Positions 16,800 through 20,000 of a DNA stretch of 20,000 bases are shown piece by piece. Origin of the DNA: an uncultured virus (IMG/VR IMGVR_UViG_3300044949_000816) (Duplodnaviria; Heunggongvirae; Uroviricota; Caudoviricetes). Where the stretch lies: IMG/VR virus record IMGVR_UViG_3300044949_000816, positions 51,925-71,924 of that record. The stretch is one strand, 5' to 3'. The position numbers and the translations under genes are program-made. Position 1 is the stretch's first letter. The number at the start of each line of letters is the position of its first letter. Below the pieces are notes generated by a model. That model was not told where the DNA came from. It saw nothing but the letters and a program-made list of their open reading frames with translations, and did no database searches.

Positions 16800-17395
16800 A
16801 ATGGAGCTCCAGTTTTACCACAAGATTTTGTTAATCCTTCAATTAAATTTCCCCAATTTCCTGCAAGAAGATTCTTTATAGTAGATAATGCACTAACAGG
16901 ACCAAAATATTTTATATCACCAGACATATTAATAAAATTTCCACTGATTACATTTACACCAGAAGTTCCGTTAATACATATTCTTGACCCAGCAAGTCTA
17001 ACTTCTTCGGATGATGCAAAAATAATATGCCCGTTTGATCCTACTAAAAAATTTCCTTCACCTTTTTCACCCATAGATTCAATGTGTATATTTTTTGCTT
17101 TTAATGATATAGTTCCTCTCTCTGCAGATATAATAATATCCCCATTCTTTGCTACAATTGATCTTGCAATTGCTTCTTTTTCATCGGGAGGTATACTGTG
17201 CCCACTAACCTCATGATATGTTCCCTGAATATGTTCTACTTTATTTCCATTACTACCATAAACGACATGGTTATTTGCCGAAGTTATGATTGTAAGATCT
17301 CTTCCATCATCAGTAGATTCTGGGCCAATTGGTCCAGCATGAATAAAACAATATGGATTGTTTGATATTGTAATGTCTGGTGCTCTATCTGCCAT
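16796..17395 (-). CDS. Putative gp5/VgrG C-terminal-like beta-helical spike protein (199 aa)
   Basis: Short periodic beta-strands (IVAKNGDIIISAERGTISLKAKNIHIES..GNFLVGSNGHIIF..VRLAGSRICING) typical of triple beta-helix needles. TAATG overlap with the upstream gp5-like gene. Confidence 0.55.
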   Translation of the reverse strand: MADRAPDITISNNPYCFIHAGPIGPESTDDGRDLTIITSANNHVVYGSNGNKVEHIQGTYHEVSGHSIPPDEKEAIARSIVAKNGDIIISAERGTISLKAKNIHIESMGEKGEGNFLVGSNGHIIFASSEEVRLAGSRICINGTSGVNVISGNFINMSGDIKYFGPVSALSTIKNLLAGNWGNLIEGLTKSCGKTGAPL

Positions 17396-19944
17396 TATCT
17401 AAGTACACAATCTATAACTTTAATTAATTTATCTGAAGTTATGGCATCAATTTGTCCTTGACCAACTAATTCATCAACTGGTGTAAATTTAAGAACAGAT
17501 CTAAATTTTGCCCCAACTCCTGTTCTACTATTTATCCTAATCACAGGAAGAACTAAAAATCCAACTCCTGGATTTACAATTTCAATTCCAACAATTTGAC
17601 CTGTAGGTGTTAATTGTAAATTAAATTCTGCACCATTATTACCACCTTCTATTTCAACAGTATCATTTGGACTATAACCACTGCCAGTATTCAAAATCTT
17701 AATATCTTTAATTTGAGATACTGTGTTTTTATATGGAATAGGTAAGTTAACTGTTGTTGAAATTGGAGGTGTAGTTCCCCCACCAGGAATACGTGTTCCG
17801 GGATCAGAAGGATCAGAAGAAGGTGTACCATTTACTGAAGTATTATATTTGCCACCATTGATAAATCCAGGTGTGTTGTTGTTAGCATTAAAATTTCCTT
17901 GACCATTTTTAGTTACACCACCCGAAGATCCAGATCCTACTAAAGTATTGGAATTTATTAAATTATTGGGTAAAGATGTGTTTCCAGTTCCAACATTACC
18001 TATCGTTGTTCTTCCTGTACCAATCGGAGGAACAAAAAGTTGACTTGTAGATCCTATTCCAGCGATACTTGACAATGGAGGTAAAACTTCTATAGTTACA
18101 CTACTAGTAACAGTATTATTTCCTATAGGTGCATTTTTATTAGTTGCAGTTAAAGTATAAGTGAAAAATGTACTAACACCGGAAAGATTTAAATTTTGAG
18201 GAACAACTAAAGATGCAGATCCATCTTCGGGGACATTATTATATCCAACAATATTCAACCCAACTTGATTAGCATCGGTAGTTTCCCATTCAAATTTATA
18301 CACCTCTCCCTGATATAATTTTGTTGGTTTGACTGTAAATTTATCAATGGAAGGTTTATTGGAATTTGTTTGAGTAGGAGAGGTTGTTGCACTATTATTT
18401 AAATCTACTATTTCAACTTCCAAGTCTTGATATATCTCTATTGGAGCAGAATTTGCAATATTTTTTGTAGCTTTAAGTGTATATTTTTTCTTAGTTTTTT
18501 TACTTCCTGCAGGAAATAAAATATTTGAAGAATTAATGGATAAATTTGCTTTAGAAGAAATTGGAAGTTTATTGTATCCAGGTTCTTTTAAAATTGTAAC
18601 ATAATCGGCATTTTCAACTTCCCATGATAATGTCAATACATTGTTTATCTGAACTGGACTTGGAGATCCAGTAAAACTTTTTATAATTGGCGGTATAATA
18701 CCAGAAGTTATATTATCAGTATATCCAATTCCAGGATTTATAATTATTATGTCTTTAACTTTTAAGTTTCCATTTTCATCTTCTTCCATTTCTGCATAAG
18801 CATGAGCATTTTTCCCACAATTTCCAGGATCAGCAATAGTAACAAAAGGAGTTGACTTATAACCTTTTCCATTGGATAAAAGATTTGCGCCTATAACTTG
18901 TCCTATCTCATTAACAACTGCATTTGCAACTGCTCCAGATCCACCACCACCAAAAATGGATACTTGAGGCAAACCACACTGGAAAGTTCCGCTATAACAT
19001 CCCCCAGGAGAAACATATGAACCATCAGAGGGTCCAAAGAAATCATTCATCCATCCCGTAATTGTTTTATCTACAGATCCAGATAAATCAAAGTTTGCAA
19101 AATTATCAAATCCAGGACTTTTTAAACCGCCATCAAGAGATGCTGTAAATTCTTTTATTTCTGGACAATTTGGTCTGTCGCATAAAAATCCCTCAAATCC
19201 TAAAATAAAATCTATAGCTTCAAAAACAGAACCTGCAACTTTAGTAATTCCACCGAGAATATCATTTATTTGAGCAAATATTGGTTCTAATGCTTTATCT
19301 AAATCATTGGCTAATTTATTTAATAAAGCATTTAAAAAGTTTTCTGCTGCACATAAAGGAGTATTAATAACTTGCCCAACTAATGAGTATAAAAATTCGG
19401 CAACCATTTTGGCAAGACCGGCAATAATGTCTTCAAATTTGCAAAAAATTTGATCAATAACTTCTTTTAACAAACCACTTTTAATTTGCTTCATAAGTGG
19501 TGGTAAAACAGAATTCAGTAAATCTTCTATACCTCTTCTTATTTTATTTAAAATCCATTCGCGTATTCTTTGAATAAACGTTCTTAATCCTGCAGATATT
19601 GCTGATATAGTTTCTTTTATTTCTCCTTGTAAATTTTGAATAAAATTTAACGCTCCATTTACGTACTTATCATAATACTTTTGTACGCTTTTCAGAACAG
19701 CAAAAAACTTTTTAAGAGCTCTCCATATACCTCCCATCTTATCATCACCACAAGGATCTGCTTTTCCTATTGGAACAGCGCACATTTCCTCAAAAGTTTT
19801 TCCAGCAACAGTTCTAGCAACATAAATTCTATTATTTGCTAAAGTTTCTTGGGGTATTTTTGCACCACTACCATCTATTTTAATATCTTTCCAAGATTGA
19901 CCTAAATCATCATTACAGGCGTCAGATACATTAGTTGTTGCCAT
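17395..19944 (-). CDS. Cyanophage-type gp5-like baseplate hub protein (849 aa) with two inserted Ig/PKD-like domains
   Basis: Long amphipathic helical region with PLCAAENFLNALL, then CGLPQVSIFGGGGSGAVANAVV..GKGY..PFVTIADPGNCGKNA and a C-terminal LIKVIDCV. These features are recalled from cyanophage proteins annotated as gp5. No OB-fold or lysozyme motif was recognised. Confidence 0.65.
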   Translation of the reverse strand: MATTNVSDACNDDLGQSWKDIKIDGSGAKIPQETLANNRIYVARTVAGKTFEEMCAVPIGKADPCGDDKMGGIWRALKKFFAVLKSVQKYYDKYVNGALNFIQNLQGEIKETISAISAGLRTFIQRIREWILNKIRRGIEDLLNSVLPPLMKQIKSGLLKEVIDQIFCKFEDIIAGLAKMVAEFLYSLVGQVINTPLCAAENFLNALLNKLANDLDKALEPIFAQINDILGGITKVAGSVFEAIDFILGFEGFLCDRPNCPEIKEFTASLDGGLKSPGFDNFANFDLSGSVDKTITGWMNDFFGPSDGSYVSPGGCYSGTFQCGLPQVSIFGGGGSGAVANAVVNEIGQVIGANLLSNGKGYKSTPFVTIADPGNCGKNAHAYAEMEEDENGNLKVKDIIIINPGIGYTDNITSGIIPPIIKSFTGSPSPVQINNVLTLSWEVENADYVTILKEPGYNKLPISSKANLSINSSNILFPAGSKKTKKKYTLKATKNIANSAPIEIYQDLEVEIVDLNNSATTSPTQTNSNKPSIDKFTVKPTKLYQGEVYKFEWETTDANQVGLNIVGYNNVPEDGSASLVVPQNLNLSGVSTFFTYTLTATNKNAPIGNNTVTSSVTIEVLPPLSSIAGIGSTSQLFVPPIGTGRTTIGNVGTGNTSLPNNLINSNTLVGSGSSGGVTKNGQGNFNANNNTPGFINGGKYNTSVNGTPSSDPSDPGTRIPGGGTTPPISTTVNLPIPYKNTVSQIKDIKILNTGSGYSPNDTVEIEGGNNGAEFNLQLTPTGQIVGIEIVNPGVGFLVLPVIRINSRTGVGAKFRSVLKFTPVDELVGQGQIDAITSDKLIKVIDCVLR

Positions 19945-19950
19945 ATTTTT

Positions 19951-20000
19951 TTACTTTTCCTTTATTCCAAACTCTTTTTTTGTTGGTAATGTCGGTTTTG
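19951..20000 (-). CDS. 3' end of an upstream ORF (...KPTLPTKKEFGIKEK*)
   Basis: Open frame to the window edge ending in TAA at 19951-19953, 6 nt before the ATG at 19944. Too short to identify. Confidence 0.5.
   Translation of the reverse strand, partial: KPTLPTKKEFGIKEK

Noticed and set aside
16315..17216. + strand ORFs of 73 and 141 aa
   Set aside because: Antisense to coupled, well-supported minus-strand genes; no recognisable motifs.
17395..19944. Tail lysozyme activity implied by gp5-like annotation
   Set aside because: No T4-lysozyme-type catalytic motif could be recognised, so no enzymatic call or gene symbol is given.
436..19953. Stop-codon reassignment or readthrough joining the genes
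   Set aside because: TAA, TAG and TGA all terminate genes at tight junctions, and the long ORFs are intact under the standard code.

Overview
AT-rich phage DNA holding one tightly packed minus-strand virion-structure gene run, with ATGA/TAATG overlaps and 3-8 nt gaps through most of it. All three stop codons are used, so the standard code applies. The gene set looks like the baseplate-hub and tail-fibre region of a T4-like myovirus of the cyanophage type; the host is an inference. In transcription order: the end of an upstream ORF, a gp5-like hub protein (849 aa, no OB-fold or lysozyme recognisable, two Ig-like inserts), two spike/hub-like proteins (199 and 295 aa), and a 3048-aa giant fibre. 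That fibre has an Mtd-N-like anchor, about 1040 aa of Gly-X-Gln collagen, and a beta-helix interrupted by nested modules. Next come a 119-aa structural protein, a 1534-aa fibre (Gly-X-Gln collagen plus five reelin-like/Asp-box domains), a Gly-rich ALK/gp38-like adhesin, a stand-alone S74 chaperone and a truncated hypothetical gene. The most striking observation is four helical modules in the 3048-aa fibre that follow the phycobiliprotein (globin-fold) pattern. Two carry a C-x-R-D-x-G-Y motif like the bilin-attachment site, suggesting a possibly pigment-bearing or phycobiliprotein-derived virion fibre. All family assignments are motif recognition by eye; no searches were run.
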